This document shows, piece after piece, positions 10,841 through 20,212 of a stretch of 64,000 bases of DNA. Position 1 is the first letter of the stretch, and the number at the start of each line of letters is the position of its first letter. This DNA is from Rickettsiales bacterium (GTDB lineage Bacteria > Pseudomonadota > Alphaproteobacteria > Rickettsiales > UBA1997). The stretch is from NCBI GenBank assembly GCA_018969185.1, contig JAGWYT010000001.1:78112-142111 (forward strand), given 5' to 3'. Made by a program: the position numbers and the translations under genes. The notes beneath the pieces are model-generated. The model was given only the letters and a program-made list of their open reading frames with translations, did no database searches and was not told the DNA's origin.

Positions 10841-11460
10841 AATTTAAACTCTTCTTCGCTTATCGCGCCGTGACGTAGAATTTTTATTTCTCCATTTATA
10901 ATTTTGACAACGGTTGAAATATCATTATTTCCTATCACACCGCCATCAATTATTAGACTTAGTTTTGAATTTAAAAAATATTTTTCAACATCTTTAGAGT
11001 TTATTGCTGGTTTTTCATTTGATAAATTAGCGCTGGTAACGGCTAAAATGCCGTTAAAAATTATCATTAATTTATTAATAAATTCACGATCAACAATTCT
11101 AAACCCTAAATAATCATCTTGATTATTTAGATTATGAGCAAGATTTTCTGAGGATTGCGGGCCTTTTTGCAAGACAAGAGTTAATGCTCCTGGTAAAAAT
11201 TTATTAGCAATTTTTTTAGCTAATTCATCAAATAAAAAAATCTTTTCTGCAACTTCAATATTTCTAACAAAGATGGCGATTGGTTTTTCTGTCTGACGTT
11301 TTTTTATTTCATATAATTTCTCAACAGCATTTGTATTGGAAGCGTCACAAGCAATTCCGTAAACCGTGTCTGTTGCAAAGGCAATAACATCGCCATTTTT
11401 TAAGGCGTTACAGGCAATTTCAACAGCATCTAATTTTTTTTCTGATATTATTTTAACCAT
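10834..11460 (-). CDS. tsaC: L-threonylcarbamoyladenylate synthase (YrdC/TsaC family)
   Basis: 208-aa ORF with FATDTVYGIACDASNTNAVEKLYEIKKR, the YrdC-domain signature. Confidence 0.8.
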   Translation of the reverse strand: MVKIISEKKLDAVEIACNALKNGDVIAFATDTVYGIACDASNTNAVEKLYEIKKRQTEKPIAIFVRNIEVAEKIFLFDELAKKIANKFLPGALTLVLQKGPQSSENLAHNLNNQDDYLGFRIVDREFINKLMIIFNGILAVTSANLSNEKPAINSKDVEKYFLNSKLSLIIDGGVIGNNDISTVVKIINGEIKILRHGAISEEEFKLC

Positions 11461-12083
11461 GATTTTATTGGTTCAAATGACTTACGATGAAATTCACAAA
11501 TGCCGAATTTTTTAATTTGATCAAGATGAAATTTTGTTCCATATCCAGCATTTTTATCAAAGCTATAATGAGTAAATTTTTGATGCAAATCAAGCATTAT
11601 TTGATCACGTGTTTCTTTCGCAATGATTGAAGCGGCAGCAATTGAAAGGCTTTTTTGATCGCCTTTTACTATGGGTAATATTTCAACAATAGCATCTTGT
11701 TTAGAAAATGGAGCAAAATTTCCATCAACTAAAATAACTTGTGGTGAAATTTTATATTTGTTGCATAAGTCTTGATAGGCAAGAAGCATGGCGAGTTTCG
11801 TTGCTTGTAAAATATTGATTTCATCTATTTTTTTTTCATCAACTATACCGATGCCAAATTTTGATTTTTCTTTTAATTCGTCAAATATTTTGAGGCGTAA
11901 TTTTTTTGATATTTTTTTCGAATCATTAATGCTATGTGGAAAATCATTGTGATCTAATATAGCGCAAGCAGCAACAACTGGTCCAGCAAGTGGTCCTCTT
12001 CCGGCCTCGTCAATACCTGCTACAACAAGGCTTTTATATTGATTTTCAATTAGGAAATTTGGGTAATTTTTCACCTCTTGCAT
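11448..12083 (-). CDS. rnhB: ribonuclease HII
   Basis: 211-aa ORF with the GIDEAGRGPLAGPVV active-site motif. Confidence 0.9.
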   Translation of the reverse strand: MQEVKNYPNFLIENQYKSLVVAGIDEAGRGPLAGPVVAACAILDHNDFPHSINDSKKISKKLRLKIFDELKEKSKFGIGIVDEKKIDEINILQATKLAMLLAYQDLCNKYKISPQVILVDGNFAPFSKQDAIVEILPIVKGDQKSLSIAAASIIAKETRDQIMLDLHQKFTHYSFDKNAGYGTKFHLDQIKKFGICEFHRKSFEPIKSWLK

Positions 12084-12153
12084 TTAAATAGGATTTTGAT
12101 TTAATTTCTCTTACAGAAAATACTCATTCATAAAAACTTAATTAATATAGAAT

Positions 12154-12999
12154 ATGTCGCTCTTAAATAAAGATAATTTTGAAAGTCAATCTTTCGTGAA
12201 ACCAATAATGATTGTTGTTGCTGTTCTTCTTATTGTTGGAGGAGCTTACTCTCTGTTTGGTAGTAAATCTAAGGAATCTAAAAATGAAAATGCTGCTGAA
12301 GTTAATTCAAGCGGTCTTGATCCTGATATGAAAGTAAAGAACGTTGCTGATGTTGAAAAAGTAATGGCAAAATGGATTGAGGCAAATCCTAAAGCAATCA
12401 TTGATTCAGTTGCTAATATGCAAAAAAAGGCAATGGAAGATCAACAAAAAGACTCACAAAAAAATATTATTGATAAAAAAGCTGACCTTGAAAGTGAAAG
12501 CTCTCCATCAGTTTCCCCATCTGGCTATGATGTAACTATTGTTGAATTTTTTGATTATTCATGCGGTTATTGCAAAAAAGCCCAAGCTACTGTGGAAACT
12601 CTTTTAAAGGATGATAATAAAGTTAGAGTTATTTTTAAGGAATTTCCTATCCTTGGACAAGCTTCAGTTGAAATGTCGCAAGTTGCAATTGCGGTTCATT
12701 TAATTGACAAAAATGCTTACAGAAAATTCCACGAAGCTATGATGAAATCAAGTGGCAGAGGTAAAGCTGAAGCAATTAAAGTTGCTAAATCTGTTGGTGT
12801 TGATTCTGCTAAATTAGAAGCAACTTTGAAAAATGATCAAGCAAAAATTGATAAGATTTTACAAGATAATTCTGAATTAGGTCATGCAATTGGTATTAAT
12901 GGAACTCCAGGTTTTGTGATTGGAGAAGAGTTAATTCCAGGTGCAATTGATGTAAATTCTTTCAAAGAAAAAATTTCTGCTTTAAGAAATAAAAAATAA
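12154..12999 (+). CDS. DsbA-family thiol:disulfide oxidoreductase (Com1-like), membrane-anchored
   Basis: 281-aa ORF with an N-terminal TM segment, the thioredoxin motif FFDYSCGYCKK (CxxC) and the cis-Pro region GINGTPGFVIG. Confidence 0.75.
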   Translation: MSLLNKDNFESQSFVKPIMIVVAVLLIVGGAYSLFGSKSKESKNENAAEVNSSGLDPDMKVKNVADVEKVMAKWIEANPKAIIDSVANMQKKAMEDQQKDSQKNIIDKKADLESESSPSVSPSGYDVTIVEFFDYSCGYCKKAQATVETLLKDDNKVRVIFKEFPILGQASVEMSQVAIAVHLIDKNAYRKFHEAMMKSSGRGKAEAIKVAKSVGVDSAKLEATLKNDQAKIDKILQDNSELGHAIGINGTPGFVIGEELIPGAIDVNSFKEKISALRNKK

Positions 13000-13006
13000 T
13001 TTTTAA

Positions 13007-13037
13007 ACCTCCTCTCGACAATAAAAAGAGAGGAGGT
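13007..13037 (+). terminator. hairpin between the dsbA-like gene and pif1; its 3' arm contains the pif1 Shine-Dalgarno
   Basis: ACCTCCTCTC (13007-13016) pairs with GAGAGGAGGT (13028-13037). The AGGAGG lies ~10 nt upstream of the ATG at 13047. There is no long T-run after it. Confidence 0.4.
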
Positions 13038-13046
13038 TCTTCCCCT

Positions 13047-14333
13047 ATGATAATTAACACCTCTCCTGATTTTAATTTTCTTTCTTTAAAACAAAAATCT
13101 GTTATAGAATCTTTTGAAAAAGGCGAAAATATTTTAATTACAGGAGGCGCTGGTACAGGAAAATCCTATCTTCTCAACTTTCTCAAAAGAAATTATTCTG
13201 CACTCGGCTTTGAAGTAACAGCAAGCACTGGCGTTGCAGCCGTGAATATTGGAGGATCAACAATTCATTCATGGTCTGGCATTGGTTTTGCTAATATGCC
13301 GGTTGATAGAATTGTCGAAAATCTTTTTAGTGCCAAATTTAGCAAGGTTCGGGCACGTATTAGAAAAACAAAAATTTTAGCAATTGATGAAGTTTCAATG
13401 ATCTCATCTAATATTTTTGATATTCTTGATTCAGTGTTACGTGCTGTTCGAAATAATGATAAAGTGATGGGAGGCTTACAGATTGTTCTATTCGGTGACT
13501 TCTTACAATTGCCGCCAATCTCAAGGGATAATTCAGCTTTTGATTTTTGCTTTAACTCTAAAGCTTTTCAAGAATTGAATTTGAAGACTTTTGTTTTAGA
13601 ACAAGTTTTTCGTCAGAATGATGAAAAATTTGTGAAGGTTTTAAATAATTTACGTTTAGGTTTGATTGATGAAGAAGATAGAGAAATACTGACTTCAAGG
13701 CTTAAAGCAAAAGATCAAATAGCCGCAATAAAACCAACAATTTTAACAACGCATAATTATAAAGTTGAAAAAATTAATGATTATGAATTGAAAAAAATTC
13801 CTCATAGCGAAGTTGTTTATAATGCAAATTATTTTGGTTCAAAAGATAAAATTGAATTTTTGAAGAAAAATTGTTTAGCGCCGGAAACTTTGAAATTAAA
13901 GGTTGGCGCTCAAGTGATGATGATAAAAAATACTTATCAAAAAGATGGAATTATTAATGGATCGCTTGGTGTTGTAAAAGAGTTTTCAGCGAAAAAAAAT
14001 TATCCCGTTGTGGAATTTGCTAATGGTAAAATAATTACTATCAGCCCTGAAGAATGGCTGCTTGAAAAATATGATGAACAAAAAAAAGAATTAATTTCTG
14101 AAGCAGGACTTGAACAAATTCCGCTTATTTTATCATGGGCAATGACAATTCACAAATCGCAAGGATTAACTTTAGATAAAATTTCTTGTGATTTATCAGA
14201 TAGCTTCAGCCCCGGACAGGTCTATGTTGCCTTATCAAGAGCCAGATCTTTGAGTGGTGTTTTTATTGAATCAATTAATTTTGCAAAGATTAATTCTAAT
14301 CGCGATGCAGTTAAGTTTTATCAAAATTTGTAA
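13047..14333 (+). CDS. pif1: Pif1-family (SF1B) DNA helicase
   Basis: 428-aa ORF with Walker A GGAGTGKSYLL, motif II LAIDEVSMI, a Pif1-signature-like DILDSVLRAVR, then GDFLQLPPI, TIHKSQGLTLD and YVALSRARS. Confidence 0.75.
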   Translation: MIINTSPDFNFLSLKQKSVIESFEKGENILITGGAGTGKSYLLNFLKRNYSALGFEVTASTGVAAVNIGGSTIHSWSGIGFANMPVDRIVENLFSAKFSKVRARIRKTKILAIDEVSMISSNIFDILDSVLRAVRNNDKVMGGLQIVLFGDFLQLPPISRDNSAFDFCFNSKAFQELNLKTFVLEQVFRQNDEKFVKVLNNLRLGLIDEEDREILTSRLKAKDQIAAIKPTILTTHNYKVEKINDYELKKIPHSEVVYNANYFGSKDKIEFLKKNCLAPETLKLKVGAQVMMIKNTYQKDGIINGSLGVVKEFSAKKNYPVVEFANGKIITISPEEWLLEKYDEQKKELISEAGLEQIPLILSWAMTIHKSQGLTLDKISCDLSDSFSPGQVYVALSRARSLSGVFIESINFAKINSNRDAVKFYQNL

Positions 14334-15215
14334 ATGAAATTTTATCATAGATTATCGCAAAATTCACAAGGCATATTTTTTATAATTCTTGCCTGTTTTT
14401 TGGCTTCAGTGTTGATAGCATTGGTGCGCTACTTATCAGAAAATTTCCACATTCTTTTTATTGTGATGGTGCGCAATTTTTTTGGTCTTTTGTTTTTTTT
14501 GCCGCAAATTTTAATTGATTATAAAAGTGTTTTTAAAACTTCGAAATTGAAGTTGCATATTTTTCGAGGGACAAATGGTCTTGCATCAATGATGATATGG
14601 TTTCACGTTGTAACTGTTTTGCCATTGTCAGAAGCGGTTTCAATTAGTTTTATCATTCCAATTATTACCACTTTGGTGGCGATGATTTATCTTAAAGAAA
14701 AAGTCACATCAAAAAATTGGATTGGCTGTTTTGTTGGTTTTGTGGGAATTTTGATAATTCTTCGCCCTGGATTTAAAGAATTTAATAACGCTTATTTTTA
14801 TTCTTTTGCTTCAGTGATTTTATGGGTTATTTCAAATATTATCATAAAAGTAATGACTAAAACTGAAAAGCCCCAAACTATTGTGGCTTATATGTCTCTG
14901 GTCATGCTAATTTGCTCAATTCCTTTCGCTTTACCGCATTTAAAAGCAATTGGTTTTGTTGATTTGTTATGGTTTGCTGCTCTTGGTTTGGTTTCTAATC
15001 TATTGCATATTTTTATTTCAACAGCCTATACTAAGGCAGATTTATCCTATGTTCAGCCTTTTGATTTTACTCGTTTAGTTTTTACGGCAATAATTTCTTA
15101 TTTTGCTTTTGACGAAGTAATTGATTTTTGGGTTATTGTAGGTTCTTTAATAATATTGTTTGGCGTGATTATAACATTGCCTAAGAAACAAAAAATTGTT
15201 GTAGCAGATTCTTAA
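14334..15215 (+). CDS. DMT-superfamily (EamA-type) transporter
   Basis: 293-aa ORF with ten hydrophobic segments in a two-EamA-repeat layout. Confidence 0.75.
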   Translation: MKFYHRLSQNSQGIFFIILACFLASVLIALVRYLSENFHILFIVMVRNFFGLLFFLPQILIDYKSVFKTSKLKLHIFRGTNGLASMMIWFHVVTVLPLSEAVSISFIIPIITTLVAMIYLKEKVTSKNWIGCFVGFVGILIILRPGFKEFNNAYFYSFASVILWVISNIIIKVMTKTEKPQTIVAYMSLVMLICSIPFALPHLKAIGFVDLLWFAALGLVSNLLHIFISTAYTKADLSYVQPFDFTRLVFTAIISYFAFDEVIDFWVIVGSLIILFGVIITLPKKQKIVVADS

Positions 15216-15216
15216 A

Positions 15217-16401
15217 ATGAATAAAAATTATTTGAATTTTTTTACAAGATCAATTGACAAGCTACACGAAGAAAGGCGTTATCGTGAGTTTGTTGATATT
15301 GCGCGAATTTGCGGAGAATTTCCTTATGCTATAAATAATAAAAATGGCAAAAAAATTACCGTATGGTGTTCCAATGATTATTTAGGAATGGGACAGAATG
15401 AAAAAGCAATTGATGAAGTTATAAAAGCGGTGAAGGCTTATGGGATTGGTTCTGGTGGCACAAGAAATATTTCTGGAAATACATCTTTAATTCTTGAAGT
15501 TGAGAAAGAAATTGCGGCATTAAGTCAAAAAGCGGCAGCTTTGGTCTTTGTTTCTGGCTATTTGGCGAATGATACAACAATTTCAACTTTAGCAAAAATA
15601 ATTCCCGATTTAGTAATTTTTTCCGATCAAAAAAATCATGCTTCAATCATTCAAGGCATTAAGAATAGTGGTCTTGAAAAGCATATTTTTAGACATAATG
15701 ATATGAATCACTTGGAAGAATTATTGAAATCATATCCTAATGAAAAACCAAAATTAATTATCTTTGAATCAGTTTATTCAATGGATGGAGATTTTGGAAA
15801 GTTTCGTGAAATTACTGATTTAGCAGCAAAATATAATGCCATGACTTATGTTGATGAAGTTCATGGAGTTGGGCTTTATGGCAAGCATGGGGCAGGGCTT
15901 GCAGAAGAGCTTGGTTTGTCAGATAAAATTGATATTATTCAAGGCACATTTGCTAAGGCTTTTGGTTCTATTGGCGGATATATTGCGGGAGATGCTAAAT
16001 TAATTGATGCAATCAGAAGTTATGCTTCAGGTTTTATTTTTACTACATCTTTGCCACCAATGGTTTTAGCAGGAATTTTGGCGAATGTTAGGCATTTAAA
16101 AAATAGCGATAGTGAAAGACGCTTGCACAAAAAACAGGTTAAAAAATTAAAAGATGCTTTAAAAAATGCAGAGATAAAAATCGTTGAGAACCAATCACAT
16201 ATTGTTTCGGTTGTAATTGGTGATGCTAAAAAATCACAAGAAATTTCAAAAAGGTTGTTGCAGGAATTTAATATTTACGTACAACACATTAATTATCCAA
16301 CAGTTGCTAAAGGGGACGAGAGGCTTAGAATAACAGTCACTCCGCTCCATAGTGATAGTATGATTGAGGAGTTGGTTTTGGCTTTAAAAGTAATTTTGTA
16401 G
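15217..16401 (+). CDS. hemA: 5-aminolevulinate synthase
   Basis: The 394-aa ORF is collinear with alphaproteobacterial ALAS: [43 protein letters not shown], and the PLP lysine context GTFAKAFG. Confidence 0.85.
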   Translation: MNKNYLNFFTRSIDKLHEERRYREFVDIARICGEFPYAINNKNGKKITVWCSNDYLGMGQNEKAIDEVIKAVKAYGIGSGGTRNISGNTSLILEVEKEIAALSQKAAALVFVSGYLANDTTISTLAKIIPDLVIFSDQKNHASIIQGIKNSGLEKHIFRHNDMNHLEELLKSYPNEKPKLIIFESVYSMDGDFGKFREITDLAAKYNAMTYVDEVHGVGLYGKHGAGLAEELGLSDKIDIIQGTFAKAFGSIGGYIAGDAKLIDAIRSYASGFIFTTSLPPMVLAGILANVRHLKNSDSERRLHKKQVKKLKDALKNAEIKIVENQSHIVSVVIGDAKKSQEISKRLLQEFNIYVQHINYPTVAKGDERLRITVTPLHSDSMIEELVLALKVIL

Positions 16402-16469
16402 GTTTACAAATTCTTTTTGTATGTTATGATGTGTGTGTGTTGGTGTAAATTTTTTTTATGATGTCATAA

Positions 16470-17588
16470 ATGAATTTAGCAGTAATTACAAAAAATAGAA
16501 ACCTCACGATTGCTGTTGTTGCTGTGCTTTGCGTTGCCATTGGAGCATTTGGTTTTGCCCACTTAAGACATAGTAGAAATAAAGAAACAGAAAGTGAATA
16601 TCAAGTTGCAACGCCGTGACGTGAAACTATGGATATCAAAAAAGAATATGTTTCGCAAATTAGAGCAGTACAACATATTGAACTTCGATCTTTAGAAAAA
16701 GGTTATTTACAAAATATTTATGTAGATGAAGGACAGCTTGTTCATAAGGATCAGCCGATGTTTCAAATCATGCCATTATTATTAGAAGCAGAATTAAAGA
16801 AAGCTAAAGCTGAATATCAGCTTGCCAAAATTGAATATGATAACACCGCTATTTTAGAGAAAAGTAATGTTGTTTCCGCTAATGAGTTGGCGCTTACTAA
16901 AGCAAGGTTAGATAAGGCACACGCTGAAATGGAATTAGCAGAAACTCATGTAAAATTTACGACAGTTAAAGCGCCTTTTGATGGCATTATGGATCGTTTT
17001 CAGGTGCGTTTAGGAAGCCTTGTTAATGAAGGAGATCTGCTAACAACAATTGCAGATAATAGCCAAATGTGGGTCTATTTTAACGTATCAGAAGCGGATT
17101 ATTTAGATTACATGGAATATAAGAAGAATGATGTTGAGATGCCGGTGCAGCTGGTTTTGGCGAATGGTAGTTTATTTCCTTATGAAGGTAAAATTGATAC
17201 TATAGAAGCTGATTTCAATAATGAAGTTGGTAATGTGGCTTTTCGTGCAATTTTTCCTAATCCTGATGGGCTGTTAAGACATGGCGAGACTGGAACAATA
17301 TTACTCACAAAAAAATTTAATAACGCTTTAATTATTCCTCAGAAGGCCACTTATGAAGTCCTCGATAAAAAATTTGTCTATGTTGTTGATGAAAAAGGGG
17401 AAATTCAATCACGACAAATTACTATTGCTGCAGAAGTCCCGCACTTGTTTCTCATCTCTTCCGGAATTAATGACAATGATAAAATATTGTTAGAAGGCCT
17501 TGGTAAAGTTCATATAGGACAAATTATCAAAACGGAGGTTCAAGGCAAAGAAGAAATTCTTAAGAGTCTTGAGCTTGTTGCTGACTAA
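16470..17588 (+). pseudogene. RND efflux periplasmic adaptor (membrane fusion protein) interrupted by one in-frame TGA
   Basis: The ATG at 16470 encodes a TM/signal segment (MNLAVITKNRNLTIAVVAVLCVAIGAFGF...EYQVATP). An in-frame TGA follows at 16617-16619. The same frame then continues RETMDIKKEYVSQIRAVQHIELRSLEKGYLQNIYVDEGQ..., which is the track ORF 16629-17588. The two parts join like an intact AcrA/MexA-type adaptor. Confidence 0.7.
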
Positions 17589-17639
17589 CTTGATAATTGC
17601 ACATTAGAAAACCATTAGAGCTAGTTAATTGAAATAATT

Positions 17640-17726
17640 TTATCCGCTGGTTGAGCGAAGTCGAAACCAAGGATAAAATTATTCCAAAGCTTCTCTTGGT
17701 TTCGACTTCGCTCAACCAGCAAGAAG
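17640..17726. repeat. PE-C palindromic element, copy 1 (reverse orientation)
   Basis: GCTGGTTGAGCGAAGTCGAAACCAAGG...CTTGGTTTCGACTTCGCTCAACCAGC. It lies between the adaptor and pump genes of the RND operon. Confidence 0.85.
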
Positions 17727-17786
17727 CTGGAGAGTAATTGCTATTATTGTTAGTTTTCTTTTAAAGAGATCTAATATTTTATTTTC

Positions 17787-20150
17787 ATGTTTGAGAAATT
17801 CATACATCGACCAGTCTTGGCGATTGTCGTTTCCCTAATCATCGCCTTTCTTGGCATATTATCTGCGGTTACATTGCCGGTATCACAATTTCCAAAAATT
17901 GCTCCGCCGCAAGTAATCGTATTCCTTACATTTCCTGGCGCTAGTGCTGATGTTCTTGTAAATTCTGCTTTAATTCCAATTGAAAGGGCCATTAACGGTG
18001 TGCCGGGAATGCGCTATATTAGCTCTTCGGCAACAAGTGCTGGAGAAGCAACAATTCAAGTGCTTTTTGATTTAGACGTTGATCCTGATAATGCCATCGT
18101 GCAAGTAAAAACAAGGGTCGATCAGGCATTAAATAAATTGCCACCACTGGTGCAATTAGAAGGAGTGATTGTGCAATCAGTTCAGCCAAGCATGTTGATG
18201 TATGTAAATCTTTATGGTGATGAGGAAGGAATAGATGAGAAGTTTTTATTTAACTATGCTAACACTAATATAATACCAGAGGTACAAAGGATTAAGGGCA
18301 TTTCGCAAGCGCGTAATCTTGGATCGCGTAGTTATGCAATGCGTATTTGGCTTAACCCTGACCGTATGCGTGCTTATAAAATCGCAACTGACGATGTTAT
18401 GAAAGCAATTTCGGATCAAAGTATCATTGGTCATCCTGGAAGAATTGGTAGTAGCTCTGGTAAAGTTGCGCAATCACTTGAATATGTTTTAGTTTATAAG
18501 GGGCGATATAATAAGCCGGAAGAATATGAAGATATTGTTGTTCGTGCCAATCCAAATGGAGAAATTCTTTATTTAAAAGATATTGCCAAAGTGGAACTTG
18601 ATAGTGAGCTTTACGATATTTATTCAACTGTTGATGGACATCCTTCGGCATCAATTATGTTGAAGCAAACTTATAATAGTAATGCTAATGAAGTAATTGA
18701 TGAGGTTAAAGAAAAGTTAAATGAGATAAGTAAAGATTTTTCAGCTGGTGTTCATTATAAAATAAGTTATGATGTTTCTGATTTTCTTGATGCCTCTATT
18801 CATAAGGTTATACACACTCTTATTGAAGCATTTATTTTAGTTTCTCTTGTGGTTTTCGTGTTTTTGGGTGATTGGCGCTCAACTTTAATTCCAGTGTTGG
18901 TGGTGCCTGTTTCATTGATTGGTGCTTTCTTTTCAATGCAATTTTTTGGATTATCAATCAATCTCATCACTTTATTTGCAATGGTTTTGGCAATTGGTAT
19001 TGTTGTTGATGATGCGATTGTGGTTGTAGAAGCGGTGCATGCTAAAATGGCTGAAGAGAATATTTCTCCATATGCGGCGGTACAAAAAGTTCTTGGAGAA
19101 ATTAGTGGTGCAGTTATTGCAATAACGCTTTTGATGGTTGCGGTATTTGTGCCAATTGCCTTTATGACTGGGCCGGTTGGAATATTGTTAAAACAATTTT
19201 CAATTACTATGGCATCAGCAATTGTGCTTTCAGGTGTTGTGGCTCTTACTCTAACACCAGTATTGAGCGCGATGATTTTAAAGAAACATTCTCACGGAAA
19301 TGATGGCCATAAAAAAACTTTTATTTCTTCTATGCTTGATAAATTCAATCATAAATTTGATAAGGTTTGCGTCACTTATGTGACTTTTCTTAATCGCGTT
19401 ATTCATCGCAAAAAACTTACGGCCACTGTTCTCATTATTTTTGTCAGCGGCATATTATTGATGACTAAATTTGTGCCTTCAGGCTTTGTGCCAAATGAAG
19501 ATCAGGCAATGATTTATGCTATTATTCAAACTCCTCCCGGTTCAAGTTTAGAAAAGACTTTTGCGGTTTCAACTAAGTTACAAGAAGTTGCAAAGGAAAC
19601 ATTACCACGTGGCTATGATATTGCGTGGGAAGGGCTTTCATACGATGAGGCTTCGCGAGGTCATGAGGCAATTTATATTTTTGTTGTGGTGTTGTTATTC
19701 GTTTATCTTGTGTTAGCAGCGCAATATGAAAGTTTTATCATTCCGCTTGCAGTCATGTTCTCATTGCCTCCAGGGATTTTTGGATCATTCCTATTACTAA
19801 AATTAATGGGGCTTGCAAATGATGTATATGCGCAAGTTGGTTTAATTATGCTTGTGGGTTTGCTTGGTAAAAACGCGGTATTAATTGTGGAATTTGCACG
19901 TCAAAAACAGCAATCTGGTATGAGCGTGATAGAGGCTGCAATTGAAGGTGCTAAAGTGCGTTTCAGACCAATTTTAATGACGTCTTTTGCTTTTATTGCG
20001 GGATTGATTCCAATGGCTTTGGCAACAGGTGCTGGATCAGTTGCCAATAATACAATAGGTGCTTCAGCACTTGGTGGAATGTTGCTTGGTACTGTTTTTG
20101 GTGTATTAATTGTTCCGGGATTATATTGTATTTTTGCCTCACTTGTTTAA
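17787..20150 (+). CDS. RND (AcrB/HAE1-type) inner-membrane pump with a large in-frame internal deletion
   Basis: 787 aa against roughly 1030-1050 aa for AcrB-type pumps. It is collinear with AcrB through TM1-TM7. Then ...SLEKTFAVSTKLQEVAKE joins directly to TLPRGYDIAWEGLSYDE...LAAQYESF (AcrB: LPTGVGYDWTGMSYQE...LAALYESW). Most of the second periplasmic loop is therefore absent. Confidence 0.8.
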   Translation: MFEKFIHRPVLAIVVSLIIAFLGILSAVTLPVSQFPKIAPPQVIVFLTFPGASADVLVNSALIPIERAINGVPGMRYISSSATSAGEATIQVLFDLDVDPDNAIVQVKTRVDQALNKLPPLVQLEGVIVQSVQPSMLMYVNLYGDEEGIDEKFLFNYANTNIIPEVQRIKGISQARNLGSRSYAMRIWLNPDRMRAYKIATDDVMKAISDQSIIGHPGRIGSSSGKVAQSLEYVLVYKGRYNKPEEYEDIVVRANPNGEILYLKDIAKVELDSELYDIYSTVDGHPSASIMLKQTYNSNANEVIDEVKEKLNEISKDFSAGVHYKISYDVSDFLDASIHKVIHTLIEAFILVSLVVFVFLGDWRSTLIPVLVVPVSLIGAFFSMQFFGLSINLITLFAMVLAIGIVVDDAIVVVEAVHAKMAEENISPYAAVQKVLGEISGAVIAITLLMVAVFVPIAFMTGPVGILLKQFSITMASAIVLSGVVALTLTPVLSAMILKKHSHGNDGHKKTFISSMLDKFNHKFDKVCVTYVTFLNRVIHRKKLTATVLIIFVSGILLMTKFVPSGFVPNEDQAMIYAIIQTPPGSSLEKTFAVSTKLQEVAKETLPRGYDIAWEGLSYDEASRGHEAIYIFVVVLLFVYLVLAAQYESFIIPLAVMFSLPPGIFGSFLLLKLMGLANDVYAQVGLIMLVGLLGKNAVLIVEFARQKQQSGMSVIEAAIEGAKVRFRPILMTSFAFIAGLIPMALATGAGSVANNTIGASALGGMLLGTVFGVLIVPGLYCIFASLV

Positions 20151-20212
20151 TTCGTGATGAGCATGAAGAGCCATTAACAGAGAAATTTAATCGTATTAAT
20201 CGAGAATAAATT

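Noticed and set aside
16425-16445. A short TG microsatellite (GATGTGTGTGTGTTGG) upstream of the RND adaptor as a phase-variation tract.
   Set aside because: It has only about five repeats, lies outside the coding sequence and has no obvious promoter spacing role. It is too short to support.
16617-16619. The two in-frame TGAs (16617 and 48905) might mean that TGA encodes Trp (genetic code 4).
   Set aside because: TGA clearly terminates well-defined genes here: mreC, hda, dprA, proS, and exbD with an ATGA overlap onto tonB. Conserved Trp positions are encoded by TGG, and standard-code ORFs have full orthologue-like lengths. Local lesions or read-through are more likely.
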